A stretch of 64,000 nucleotides of DNA from Sumerlaeia bacterium (lineage in GTDB: Bacteria; Sumerlaeota; Sumerlaeia; SLMS01; JAHLLQ01), in contig JAVJSW010000046.1 of the NCBI GenBank assembly GCA_040219255.1, positions 32,001 to 96,000 on the forward strand. Direction: 5' to 3'. A model generated the notes under the pieces. That model saw nothing but the letters and a program-made list of their open reading frames with translations. It did no database searches and was not told where the DNA came from. Shown piece by piece: positions 48,895 to 59,233 of the stretch (the stretch's first letter is position 1; each line of letters begins with the position of its first letter). Both the position numbers and the translations under genes were made by a program.

Positions 48895-50738
48895 TGCAGA
48901 TAAAAGGTCCAGCCGTACTCCACTGATTTCGTTTCGCCGGGCTCCAATTCGACCGTCCAAGTCAGCTTGGTGGAGGGATTCACGTTTCGCCACCACCACG
49001 GCCAATAGATCTGACCGCCCACGTTGACGCGATCCGGTGAAACACTCACTTTCTCCGCGCCTTCCGCTTCCGTGATTTGCCCAAAGACCACTCGTTCGAT
49101 TTCCACTTCCACCGGTGTGCCGCGCCGATTGGTCAGTTCGATTTCACCCGACATGGTGGCTTGCGAGTATTGTGTTTTGTTGATCGTAATGCCACTGCGG
49201 CGGCCTTCCTCGTACTCGCGCACATCCACGGCGATGTCGATAGCGGGGTTTAGTGCCACGTTGCTTTCCGCTCCTGGTGCTGTATAGAAGACCAGTCCCT
49301 GCGCCATCAACCGTCCGTTCGAGAAAACCATCGCGGGGCCCGTCGTCATCGGCGCCTCACGTTCATTCTTCAGCCGGATTTCCCGTATCACCTTCGGGCT
49401 GTTCAGCGCTTCCTCCGCCCGCCGCTGCGTTTCGTCCGGCACCCGCACGCTTTGCGTGATCGCTTGCGGCAGCGACGTTCCCAAATCCAGGCTGAACACG
49501 TCCTCGTAGGGCACTTCGAACGCGCCCACGGTCACCACCATCCGCTCGCCCTTCGCCAGCGTCACACCGTCCAGAGTGTAGAAATAAAGGTCCTGCGCGT
49601 CTTCGCCCTCGGGCATCGGCGCAGCTGGCGCCATGTCACCAACGGCGCCTCCGCCAAAGGCGGACACCTGGGTCATCATGGCGTTCGAGAATGGATCCGC
49701 CTGGGCTCTGCGGGGAACGCCGCGGGACTCCCGCATTTCCTCGCCGATACTTTCTAACGCGAACGGGTCGAGCTGCCCCGCCATCACTATGCTCGGAACG
49801 CCGACCACAAGGCGCACGGTCGCGTCCTCGAAATCGGCGATCTCGTTCACCAGCATCGCCTGAAACCGCACCCGGGCCGTCGCATCGTCAATCAAATCAA
49901 TGCGATAGTTGGGAATCCAGCGAATGCCGCGCTGGACGTAGGCCAGCCCCGCCCGCACCGCGGTCGAGGTCGTCGATCCATCCAATGCCATCGTCAGGCG
50001 ATAGGCGTCTTCCTCGCCATCCGGAGCCGTCATGGAGGGGTTCATCCCGACCACCGTGGCGCGGGCGATCTGACCGATCGGCACCACGACGTGCGTGGCT
50101 TTGCGCTGGTGTTCGGGATGCTTCTCGTCCGTTTCAAAGGCCGGGTTTTTCGCGAACGGGTCCTCGCGGGCCTCGCCGCTGTCAAAGGGATCGATGCCAT
50201 AGGGTTCGCGGCTGCCGATCGTGCGCGCCACGTCCAGAATCAGCACCTCGTCTGTCACCTCCAGGATCGTTCCCATTTCCACGATTTCGCTGTCCGATTC
50301 CGCTGGGCCGCCGGACAGAACGATTTCCGCCATGTGTCCCTTGTTCGCCGCCAAATAATCCCGCAGCGTCGCCACATCCTTCGTCTTAGCCGTCTTGACG
50401 CGCTTCGCTCTTGTCGCCGAAAGCGTCACACCCTGCTGCGCCAGATAGGGCCAGAACGTCCCCAGGACCGGCTCCGGCGCGACCCCCAGCAAGACCTCGC
50501 CCCCTTCATCGGCCGTCACCTCGCCCTCGTGCACAATCAGAGCGTGCCCATCCTTGAACACCGTCACGTCCACGATCGGCAGTTCCTGGCCCCCCTCCAC
50601 GGGCTTCAAGGTCACTTCGTCTCCCTGGACGATCCCGGAAAACCCACCCTGGTACTGGCCCTGAACGAACGTGGATGAAGCCAGCGCCAGGGCGACGGCG
50701 GCGGCGGATAGAAGAGAAACCTTTGGACGAGAGAGCAT
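48891..50738 (-). CDS. Secreted DUF4139-family protein
   Basis: Signal peptide; VTVFKDG, AYVQRGIRWIPNY, LYFYTL, WTVELEPGE pattern. Confidence 0.7.
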   Translation of the reverse strand: MLSRPKVSLLSAAAVALALASSTFVQGQYQGGFSGIVQGDEVTLKPVEGGQELPIVDVTVFKDGHALIVHEGEVTADEGGEVLLGVAPEPVLGTFWPYLAQQGVTLSATRAKRVKTAKTKDVATLRDYLAANKGHMAEIVLSGGPAESDSEIVEMGTILEVTDEVLILDVARTIGSREPYGIDPFDSGEAREDPFAKNPAFETDEKHPEHQRKATHVVVPIGQIARATVVGMNPSMTAPDGEEDAYRLTMALDGSTTSTAVRAGLAYVQRGIRWIPNYRIDLIDDATARVRFQAMLVNEIADFEDATVRLVVGVPSIVMAGQLDPFALESIGEEMRESRGVPRRAQADPFSNAMMTQVSAFGGGAVGDMAPAAPMPEGEDAQDLYFYTLDGVTLAKGERMVVTVGAFEVPYEDVFSLDLGTSLPQAITQSVRVPDETQRRAEEALNSPKVIREIRLKNEREAPMTTGPAMVFSNGRLMAQGLVFYTAPGAESNVALNPAIDIAVDVREYEEGRRSGITINKTQYSQATMSGEIELTNRRGTPVEVEIERVVFGQITEAEGAEKVSVSPDRVNVGGQIYWPWWWRNVNPSTKLTWTVELEPGETKSVEYGWTFYLQ

Positions 50739-50919
50739 AGGAGGAACGCCTTTCAAGGAAGTGGGCTCTACGATAGCGAGTTGCCCGGCGTGGTCCACCG
50801 GAGTTTGTCGATTCACAAGACGACAAGACGATCGCTTGCGGTTTTCTCCTTTGCCGGGCTCACCCGCCAATGCTAACCTCGCCTCGCGAAAATCCCGCCG
50901 GAGGCGACCCGTAACGCCG

Positions 50920-51570
50920 ATGCCTCATCCCGACCACATCGCCGAAGCCGACGCCCCACCCTACGGCCCCTCCGCCACCGCCGCCGAGCCCCAGCTCGCC
51001 GTCCCCGTCCGCCGGCGCTTCACCCGCGCCGAATACGCCCAGATGGCGGACCTCGGCCTCTTCGACGGCCAGCGCGTCGAACTCTTCGAAGGAGACATCC
51101 TCGCCATGACCCCCGCCGGGCCCGGCCACTCCAGCGCCAACAGCCGCCTCCTCCAGGTCTTCTTCCGCCTGCTCCTCGAAAACCAGCACCTCCGTGTGCA
51201 GGAACCCCTCGCCCCCCGCGACAGCGAAAGCGCCCCAGAGCCCGACTTGGCCGTCGTCGCGGGAGCCCCCGGCGATTATCGCGACCGCCATCCTGAAGCC
51301 GCCCTCTTGGTCGTTGAGGTTAGCAAAGCCACCCTCGCATTCGACCGTGTCGAAAAAGCCCAACTCTACGCGCGTATGGGCATCCCCGAGTACCTGATCC
51401 TGAACCTGATCGACAACCAACTCGAATACCACGCCCAGCCTCTTCCAGATTCCGCCACCCCCGGCGGCTGGCGCTACGGAACCTACCGGGTTCTGCGGGT
51501 GGGGGAGACGGTGCGGCTGGAGGGGCTCGGCGGTGTGGAAATCCCCATTGGTGAACTCATTGATACATGA
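50920..51570 (+). CDS. Uma2-family (PD-(D/E)XK) endonuclease
   Basis: FTRAEY, VELFEG, PEPDLAVV, LVVEVS, KAQLYARMGIPEY. Confidence 0.9.
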   Translation: MPHPDHIAEADAPPYGPSATAAEPQLAVPVRRRFTRAEYAQMADLGLFDGQRVELFEGDILAMTPAGPGHSSANSRLLQVFFRLLLENQHLRVQEPLAPRDSESAPEPDLAVVAGAPGDYRDRHPEAALLVVEVSKATLAFDRVEKAQLYARMGIPEYLILNLIDNQLEYHAQPLPDSATPGGWRYGTYRVLRVGETVRLEGLGGVEIPIGELIDT

Positions 51571-51574
51571 ATAA

Positions 51575-51700
51575 TTCACCGCAGAGCCCTGGAATGAAAA
51601 TCTCATACCATCGATTTTATTGGGGCCCCTTGGGAATAGCCAGCCCGCTTTCTCCAACCCTGTTTGAAAACACTGTCCTCCGTGCCCCCTTTGTGGTAAA
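51575..51700. repeat. Degenerate second-family fold-back element
   Basis: TTCACCGCAGAG left end and CTCCGTGCCCCCTTTGTGGTAAAA right end around an AT-rich loop. Confidence 0.4.
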
Positions 51701-51807
51701 AGATCATCCTAGAGCCACCTCTTCAAGCGAAAGCCTTGCGAATCGGCCGCACTCTTGCTTACCCTGCCTCCCGCATCGCTCCCCGTGGAAGGACCGCCGT
51801 CTCCGCT

Positions 51808-54714
51808 TTGGCTCCCTCGAAAACCACCTCCAAGAAACCGGCCGCAAAAAAGGCCGCCAAAGGCCCTGCGCCTAAGGCCAAGCCCAGCCGCAAGAAGGCT
51901 TCGCCCCCGAAGTCCGCGCCCGCCCCGACGCCCACCGATGCCATCACCATCCGCGGCGCCCGAACGCATAACCTCAAGAATATCAACGTCTCCTTCCCGA
52001 ATGCTCAACTCACCGTCGTCACCGGCCTGAGCGGTTCCGGCAAGTCCTCCCTCGCTTTCGACACCCTGTTCGCCGAGGGACAGCGCCGCTATGTGGAGAG
52101 CCTGTCCACCTACGCGCGCCAGTTCGTCGCCCGCCTGCCCCGGCCCGACGTGGACGATATCGACGCCATTCCGCCGGCCATCGCGCTGGAGCAGAAGAAC
52201 TCGGTCAAGAACGCCCGCTCGACCATCGGCACGGCCACAGAAATCAACGATTACCTGCGGCTGATCTGGGCCAAGATCGGTGTGCCCTTTTGCCCCAACG
52301 GCCATGGCCCGGTGCGTTCCGACACGGTGCTCGATGTGGTGCGCGAGGCTTTTGAAGGTGGCGGCCGTTTCTACGTCCTGGCGCCCGTTTCCCTCGATTC
52401 AGCCAAGCGTCTGGAAGCCACTCTCGGCGAGATGAAACGCCAGGGCTTCACCCGCCTTTTCCTCGCCGGCGAAATGCTCGACCTCGACGAACCGGACACT
52501 GCGCTGCCGGACGACCTCACCCACTTCCATGTCGTCGTCGATCGTCTCGCCGCCAAAAGCGAAGAAGGCCGCGCGCGCCTCGCCGAAGCCGTCCAGACCG
52601 CCTTCCGCATCGGCCAGGGCCGCATGAGCCTGCGTACCCCCGACGGCGAAGAGCACACCTATCACAGCAGTCTCGCCTGCAACGAATGCGGTTACGCGTT
52701 CCGCCCTCTCGAACCGCGCCTCTTCAGCTTTGGCAACCCTCTCGGCGCCTGCCCGAAATGCCAGGGCTTCGGCCGCACCACAGGGCTCGATTGGGACCGC
52801 ATCATTCCAGACCCCACGCTGGCCGTTTGCGACGGGGCCATCGCCCCCTGGCGCGGCGAATCGGGGGCCGAGATGCTGGATGACCTGCGCGTCCACAACG
52901 CCCGCTTCGGCATCAGCCTGACCACGCCGTGGAAGGACCTTTCGAACGAACACCGCGTCCTGATTAAGTACGGCAAAGGCGCCTGGGCGGGCGTCACCGG
53001 CTATTTCGATTGGCTCGAAACGAAACGCTATAAGGTCCAGGCCCGGATCCAGATCGCCCGCTATCGCGGCTACACCGAATGCCCCCAGTGCCACGGCGAG
53101 CGCCTCTGCGAAGACGCCCGCCACGTCTTGGTGGGCGGCAAGACCCTCGCCCAGGTCTGCCAGCTCCCCATCCCGCAGGCCCGCGCTTTTCTCGAAAGTC
53201 TCGACATTTCCGCCTCCGCCGCCGAAACCATCGATCGCCCCCTGCGCGAGGCCATTTCGCGCTTCAAGTACCTGGAGGAAGTCGGCCTGTCCTACCTCAC
53301 CCTCGCTCGCCAGACACGCACGCTCTCGGGCGGCGAAGCCCAGCGCATCAACCTCGCCACGGCGCTCGGCAGCGCCCTCACGGAAACCCTCTACGTTCTC
53401 GATGAACCCACCGTTGGCCTTCACCCGCGCGACACCAACCGGCTCATCGGCGTCCTGCGGCGGTTGACCGATTTGGGCAACACGGTCGTGGTCGTCGAGC
53501 ACGATCTCGATGTGATCCGCTCCGCCGAATACCTCGTCGATATCGGCCCCCGCGCAGGAGAGCACGGCGGCCAGGTCGTCTTTCAAGGCCCCCCCTCGGG
53601 CCTGACAAGATCCGCCTTTCCCGACAGCAAGACCGCCCCCTTCCTCCTCGAAGGCAAAGACCGCCCCGCAGCCACCGTTCGCCCCGCCGGGCGCCGTTCG
53701 CCCAGCGGCTGGGTCGAGGTCCGGGGCGCCTACGAGAACAACCTCGACTACCTCAACGCCCGCTTTCCGCTTGGGGTGCTCTGTTGCGTCACGGGCGTCA
53801 GCGGCTCCGGCAAAAGCACCCTCGTCTCCCGCTGTCTCTATGGCAATTACCGCCGCGAATTCCGCGGCGAAGCCGATGCCGACCCGGGCAAGATCGCCAG
53901 CCTCGCCGGCTTCGACGACCTTCAGGACGTCATCCTCGTCGATCAGTCGCCCCTCGGCCGATCCAGCCGCAGCAACGCCGCCACCTACCTCAAGGCCTAC
54001 GACGGCATCCGGAAACTTCTCGGCGAGTCGCGCGAGTCGAAAGCCCGCAACCTCTCGCCCCGCGACTTCAGCTTCAACGTCCGCGGTGGCCGCTGCGAAT
54101 CCTGCGAAGGCACCGGCCGCCAGATTATCGACATGCAGTTCCTCGCCGATGTGGAAGTCGTCTGCGACACCTGCGATGGCCAGCGCTTCCAGAAACGCGT
54201 CCTCGAAGTCGCCCATAAAGGCAAGAATATCAACGCGATCCTCGACCTGACGGTGGAGGAAGCGCTCGACTTTTTCGCCGACGAGAACGCCATCCTCAAA
54301 GGTCTCGAACCGCTCGCCGAGGTCGGCCTCGGCTACCTGCGCCTCGGCCAAAGCACCGCCACGCTTTCCGGCGGCGAAGCCCAGCGCCTCAAACTCGCCG
54401 CCCACCTTGCCGAAGCCGGCAAACGCACCGGCCACACGCTCCTCATCTTCGACGAACCCACCACTGGCCTCCACGCCGCCGACCTGGAAGCGCTCCTCGC
54501 GGTGTTCGAGAAAGCCCTGAAAGCCGGCTATTCGCTCCTTGTCATCGAGCACAACCTCGAACTCATCCGCCGCGCCGACTGGATCGTGGACCTCGGTCCC
54601 GAAGGCGGCGACCAAGGCGGCCACCTCGTCGCCGAAGGCCCCCCGGAAAGCATCGTGAAGGCAAAGGAAAGCATCACCGGCCAGTATTTGGCGCGGGAAC
54701 TCACCCGCTCGTAG
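51808..54714 (+). CDS. uvrA: Excinuclease ABC subunit A
   Basis: GARTHNLKN, GLSGSGKSS, EGQRRYVES, Zn-finger CxxC pairs, two LSGGEAQR, GVSGSGKST. Start uncertain (TTG at 51808 or 51736). Confidence 0.95.
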   Translation: MAPSKTTSKKPAAKKAAKGPAPKAKPSRKKASPPKSAPAPTPTDAITIRGARTHNLKNINVSFPNAQLTVVTGLSGSGKSSLAFDTLFAEGQRRYVESLSTYARQFVARLPRPDVDDIDAIPPAIALEQKNSVKNARSTIGTATEINDYLRLIWAKIGVPFCPNGHGPVRSDTVLDVVREAFEGGGRFYVLAPVSLDSAKRLEATLGEMKRQGFTRLFLAGEMLDLDEPDTALPDDLTHFHVVVDRLAAKSEEGRARLAEAVQTAFRIGQGRMSLRTPDGEEHTYHSSLACNECGYAFRPLEPRLFSFGNPLGACPKCQGFGRTTGLDWDRIIPDPTLAVCDGAIAPWRGESGAEMLDDLRVHNARFGISLTTPWKDLSNEHRVLIKYGKGAWAGVTGYFDWLETKRYKVQARIQIARYRGYTECPQCHGERLCEDARHVLVGGKTLAQVCQLPIPQARAFLESLDISASAAETIDRPLREAISRFKYLEEVGLSYLTLARQTRTLSGGEAQRINLATALGSALTETLYVLDEPTVGLHPRDTNRLIGVLRRLTDLGNTVVVVEHDLDVIRSAEYLVDIGPRAGEHGGQVVFQGPPSGLTRSAFPDSKTAPFLLEGKDRPAATVRPAGRRSPSGWVEVRGAYENNLDYLNARFPLGVLCCVTGVSGSGKSTLVSRCLYGNYRREFRGEADADPGKIASLAGFDDLQDVILVDQSPLGRSSRSNAATYLKAYDGIRKLLGESRESKARNLSPRDFSFNVRGGRCESCEGTGRQIIDMQFLADVEVVCDTCDGQRFQKRVLEVAHKGKNINAILDLTVEEALDFFADENAILKGLEPLAEVGLGYLRLGQSTATLSGGEAQRLKLAAHLAEAGKRTGHTLLIFDEPTTGLHAADLEALLAVFEKALKAGYSLLVIEHNLELIRRADWIVDLGPEGGDQGGHLVAEGPPESIVKAKESITGQYLARELTRS

Positions 54715-54763
54715 TCCCGCCTTTCGGCGGAGAAGGTCCGGCCGAGAAGCCCGTGGTACTTTT

Positions 54764-55936
54764 TTACACCGCCAACACCTCTCCCAACGCGCGTCCCCGT
54801 TCCTCGAACGTCCGGCGCATCACGTCCTCCACCTGGCGCGCCGCCCGGCCCCAGGAGTAGCGGCCGGCCTGGGCGAAGCCCGCTTCCATCAACCGTTCGC
54901 GGGTCCCTGCGTCCTCGCAAGCCTCCACCAGCGCCCGGTCGAACGATTCCGGCGCGTCCGGGTCGAAGAGCAGCGCAGCTCCGCCGGCCAGTTCGCTCAT
55001 CGGCGCGAGCCCCGCGCAGACCACCGGTGTGCCGACGCGCATGGCTTCGAGAATCGGGAAGCCAAAACCCTCCGCCAGGCTCGAAAACGCCAGCACCCGC
55101 GCTCGGCGGTACAGCTCGGCAATCTCGCCATCGGTCAGCCGGGGTACGACATGGACGCGGTCCGCGATGCCCAGCTCGCGCGCCAGCGCCGGGATCGCCT
55201 CGCGGCCCGCTTCGTCCAGCCCCGCCGCCGCTAAATCCCGCCCCTCCAGCGCTCCATCCTTCCACAGCGCCGCCAGCCGCCGGAGTAGAAACGCCCAATT
55301 CTTGTGCGGTTTGTGGATGCCGACGGCCAGGATGTTGCCCTCGCGCGCCCAGGCTTCGTCCGGCAGAGCCACCGCCGTCTCTTCCGCCTCGGGCCGCATC
55401 GTCGCCACCCCCGCTCCATAGGGGATCGTCAGGACCCGCTCCGGCGCGAAGCCGTAGAGCGTCTGCAATTGCACCTTGGTGTGGCGCGAGGGCGTGATGA
55501 TGTAGCGCGCGTGCCGCCTGAGGCGCGCCAGGTAGGCCTGCATGAAGAGCGCCGTGCCGCGCCGCGTCGGGTGGGTGATGTGGATCAGGTCCTGGACCAT
55601 GACCGCCATCGGTACCCGCGTCCCCAGCGGCGCCGTGTAGTGCGGGCAGAGGAGCACCTCGGCGCCATCGGTGGGCATGCGGGCGTTGACCATGCCGCGC
55701 GGATCGTAAATCCCGAGCCGAAACGGCACCGCGTTGGCCCGAAGGCCCTCTGGCATGCAGGCCCGAATCCGCCCCACCGGCCCCGCCAGCGTCACATCGA
55801 ACGGCGGAGGCGTCCGGCTCCACACACTCAGCAGCCCCCGAATCGCCGTCCCAATACCCGAATGGCCGATCATCCGCGCGTCGATGGCGACGTGACGCAG
55901 AGGCCGGGGGGGCGGGGGAGGAGCGATGATATCCAT
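54764..55936 (-). CDS. Glycosyltransferase family 4
   Basis: IDAR...SGIG, KPHKN, EGFGFPILEAM, YSW. Confidence 0.9.
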   Translation of the reverse strand: MDIIAPPPPPRPLRHVAIDARMIGHSGIGTAIRGLLSVWSRTPPPFDVTLAGPVGRIRACMPEGLRANAVPFRLGIYDPRGMVNARMPTDGAEVLLCPHYTAPLGTRVPMAVMVQDLIHITHPTRRGTALFMQAYLARLRRHARYIITPSRHTKVQLQTLYGFAPERVLTIPYGAGVATMRPEAEETAVALPDEAWAREGNILAVGIHKPHKNWAFLLRRLAALWKDGALEGRDLAAAGLDEAGREAIPALARELGIADRVHVVPRLTDGEIAELYRRARVLAFSSLAEGFGFPILEAMRVGTPVVCAGLAPMSELAGGAALLFDPDAPESFDRALVEACEDAGTRERLMEAGFAQAGRYSWGRAARQVEDVMRRTFEERGRALGEVLAV

Positions 55937-56034
55937 GGGCGAGTCGCGATCGAACGGGGGCTAACTCCAAGACCTGCCGACTCCCGCCCCCGGAGGCAAG
56001 GCCAGAGCGGTGCGACTGGTGGGCTTTGTATTCT

Positions 56035-56278
56035 ACCACGGAGACCCGGAGGCACGGAGATGTGGTTGGCTGGAGAATCAGACTCTTCGTCAATCAGCCG
56101 AATAGACAGGGGGGTGCTTCCTGGCCATGCTTTAAAGCCAGTTAAATCAATTATTTATGGATTCTCAGGCGCCAGCAATCAATCTGCGCCATCTGGGTAA
56201 TCTGTAGCCAACAAAATCCTGTCGGCACGCGCTCGCTTCCCCCGAAGCCCCATCCCATTCATCCCATCCATCGGCGGC
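56035..56278. repeat. Cluster of 9/10-nt-unit arms of both families
   Basis: ACCACGGAGACCCGGAGGCACGGAGA (56035-56060); ATCTGCGCC-ATCTGGGTA-ATCTGTAGC (56182-56208); CATCCCATT-CATCCCATC-CATCGGCGGC (56251-56278). Confidence 0.6.
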
Positions 56279-56403
56279 CAATTCACCTCTTCTCCACTTG
56301 CGGCTCCCGGCGCCCCTTCCCAGGGTCAAACCGCTCACGTCGTGTGTGATCAGACCCAATCGCAGCTTTCCCCCGCTGCCGCTCCTGGTATTCGCTGGCC
56401 CTC

Positions 56404-59214
56404 ATGAAAACTGCCGTCGCCTTGTTCCGTTTCCTGACCCTTTGCACCGTCCTGTTTGTGGGTGTGCCCCTGTTTGCCCAGGACGCCGAGACCTCGGACT
56501 TCCAGGGTACGATGGGCGATGCCGCCGAGTCCGCCAGCGAAGCCGCCGATTTCCCAACCGCCGCCGATTCCGGCGGGCGCGATGCCTTCGCGGAAATCGG
56601 CGCCACGCAGGAATCCGCGCTCACCGATGATCCCGCCTCCGGAGCCGATCCTTTCGGCGGCTTTGACTTTGGCGGCGGAGGCGATGGCCCTGGCGCACCC
56701 CTCTCCGTCACATCCGAAGGCCAGCTCGCCTTTGACGAAAACGTCGCCTATGGCCTCGGCCGCACCACCGTCGTTTTCGGCGACATGACCATCGCCGCAG
56801 ACCGCATGGCCATCGATGTCATCACCCGCACCGTGACCGCCGAGGGCAACGTCACCGTCACCGGCGAAAAGCAGGACATCCGCGCCAGCCGTGCCCGCTA
56901 CGACTTCCGCCTCAACGAAGGCGTCGCCTACGATGTCGAAGGCGTTTACGGCCCCTTCTTCTTCCGTTCCATCTGGGACGAGGAAGAAAACGGCCCCTCC
57001 TTCCGCCGTGTCAGCGAAGACGAAGCCCTCTTCCGCGGCGCCTCCTTTACCACGTCCACCTTTCCCGTGCCGACCTATTACATCACCGCGTCGGAAGTCC
57101 TGATCTACATGGACGACCGCATTTTCATCAAGAACGCCACGTTCTGGGTCTGGGCCAACCCGGCTATTCCGCTGTTCTGGCTGCCGGTTTACACCGTCGG
57201 GTTCGATGGCGGCTCGCCCTGGTCTTTCTCCGCCGGTTACCGTTCGCGCTATGGCGCGTTCCTCAGCGTCGGCTACGATGTCTCGCACGAATCGAAAGTC
57301 CCCGCCTGGGACGACCCGGACCAGATGAACGTCCGCAGCTCAGGCAAGCTTGGGGTTCGCACCGACCTCTTCAGCGGCGGCGCCGTCGGCGTCGGAGCCA
57401 AGTACCGCTACCGCTTCGACTTCAAGCGCCACATCGGCAGCCTCGAACTCTACGGCGTCCGCGACTCGGTTCGCGATGTCGATGGCGAGACCGACGAAGA
57501 ACGCTGGCTCTATCGCCACCGCCACAACACGCTCTTCGGCAACACGCTGTTCCAGCTCAACGCCGACTGGATGAGCGACCCCGACCTTTACTTCGACCTT
57601 CTCGACGGCGCCGGAGCCGACAGCGTCAGCGTGGATGTCGCCGCCCAGGCCGATACCGCCCTGGAAGACGCCGAACGGGGCCGCGTTCCCGAACGCCGGC
57701 TGCGCTCCGCCATCGCTTACGTGAAAGACGACTATGTCGCCCGTCTGACCGGCGAGATCAAAGACCGCGTCACCCGCGACCGTTACCAGGACTTCACCGA
57801 TCCCGACGACGATAACCTGAATTACGAACCGGACCTCGATTTCGATGACGAGGACGACGACACGGAGGGCATCCCCAGCAGCCGCTATGGCCGCGTCACC
57901 GAGCGCCTCCATGGCCGCGTCGCCACCCGAATGCTGCCGCTGCTGCGCACACCGCTGTTCTGGCGCGCCGAGGTCAATGGCTTCAACGCCCTCGACGCGG
58001 GCTTCAACGAAGGCGACACGGAAGACGACGAGCGCATTTACGGCGGCGACGTCTATGGCGCCTTGTCGCATCGCCTTCGCCTCGATCCGCAGGGCCGCTT
58101 CACTTGGCTGAACCAGGTCGGCGCCGGAGCCGGGGCCTACGAACGCACCAGTGACGCCTTGATTTCGCGCAAGAAGCTGGCGGATTTCCGGGGCGTCATG
58201 GGTGCCGACCCGCGCGATGTGCGCGTCGATGGCCAGCGCTATCGCAACGCCAGCACCATCTATCTCGGCGAAGGCGACAACCGCCTCGATTACGAGGACG
58301 TCGATCCCTTCTTCCTGTGGGCCGACTACACTTCTCGCCTCAACGCGCGCTTCACCGATACCCTCTCGGGCTACGTTCAGTACTATGTCCGTCAGCTCAG
58401 CAACGACTCGGCCGGAACGTTCTTCGAGGAGGCGGGCCGCAAGGAAGCGTTCCAGGACATCTACGACTTCCCCACCCGCGAGCATTACGTCGAATCCCGG
58501 CTGGATTACCGCCTTCTCTACCCGAACTTGGGCATGTATGTGTTCGGCCGCTATAACTTGCAAGACGACAATGAAATCTTCGCCAACGAACCGGCGTGGC
58601 AGACCGGCACCGGCTTCGACTACCTGAACGACTCCGGCGAGTTCGGAATCGCTGGCGGCGTCGGCGTGGATGAATTCCAGCTCCGCGACCCCGGCGACCC
58701 GAACGAGTACCGCCGATCGAACGCCTACGCCAACTTGCGGACCAGCTACACCCCGATCCACAATCGCTACTACGCCGGCCTCAACATCGGCGGAAACAAG
58801 ATCCTGGAAGACGATCCCGCCGACGATCCCCCGGAAGAAGAAGAAAATCGCTTCGACGAGGACGACTCGGAATTCACCATCGAACCCGTCATCGGCAAGC
58901 GCTTCGGTCCCAAATACCTTGTCGAGGTCGGCGCCGAATACAACTCCGACATCGACGATTTCAAGGAAGCGGGGGTGACCATCGAGCGCGAACTGCCCGA
59001 TTTCGTCCTCGCCTTCTTCTTCGGCTTTAAACTCAACACCTTCGAGGACCGCGACGAACTCAACGACCGCGACCGCGACGAGCGCGATGGCGACCGCGAA
59101 CTCGACTTCCGCGTTTCCGCCCGTTTCAAGCAGCCAGGCGAACGCGGTGAACTCTCCGCCGTCTCCGTCACGACGCTTCGTGAACGTCAGCGCCGCGCCG
59201 AATTCGCCGAGTAA
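56404..59214 (+). CDS. LptD-like outer-membrane assembly protein
   Basis: Signal peptide; OstA-like beta-jellyroll (ADRM, AEGNVTV), ASFTTS...YYITASE, PLFWLP, then an aromatic/acidic beta-barrel-like region. Confidence 0.7.
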   Translation: MKTAVALFRFLTLCTVLFVGVPLFAQDAETSDFQGTMGDAAESASEAADFPTAADSGGRDAFAEIGATQESALTDDPASGADPFGGFDFGGGGDGPGAPLSVTSEGQLAFDENVAYGLGRTTVVFGDMTIAADRMAIDVITRTVTAEGNVTVTGEKQDIRASRARYDFRLNEGVAYDVEGVYGPFFFRSIWDEEENGPSFRRVSEDEALFRGASFTTSTFPVPTYYITASEVLIYMDDRIFIKNATFWVWANPAIPLFWLPVYTVGFDGGSPWSFSAGYRSRYGAFLSVGYDVSHESKVPAWDDPDQMNVRSSGKLGVRTDLFSGGAVGVGAKYRYRFDFKRHIGSLELYGVRDSVRDVDGETDEERWLYRHRHNTLFGNTLFQLNADWMSDPDLYFDLLDGAGADSVSVDVAAQADTALEDAERGRVPERRLRSAIAYVKDDYVARLTGEIKDRVTRDRYQDFTDPDDDNLNYEPDLDFDDEDDDTEGIPSSRYGRVTERLHGRVATRMLPLLRTPLFWRAEVNGFNALDAGFNEGDTEDDERIYGGDVYGALSHRLRLDPQGRFTWLNQVGAGAGAYERTSDALISRKKLADFRGVMGADPRDVRVDGQRYRNASTIYLGEGDNRLDYEDVDPFFLWADYTSRLNARFTDTLSGYVQYYVRQLSNDSAGTFFEEAGRKEAFQDIYDFPTREHYVESRLDYRLLYPNLGMYVFGRYNLQDDNEIFANEPAWQTGTGFDYLNDSGEFGIAGGVGVDEFQLRDPGDPNEYRRSNAYANLRTSYTPIHNRYYAGLNIGGNKILEDDPADDPPEEEENRFDEDDSEFTIEPVIGKRFGPKYLVEVGAEYNSDIDDFKEAGVTIERELPDFVLAFFFGFKLNTFEDRDELNDRDRDERDGDRELDFRVSARFKQPGERGELSAVSVTTLRERQRRAEFAE

Positions 59215-59233
59215 TCCATCCGCCCCCTTTCCT

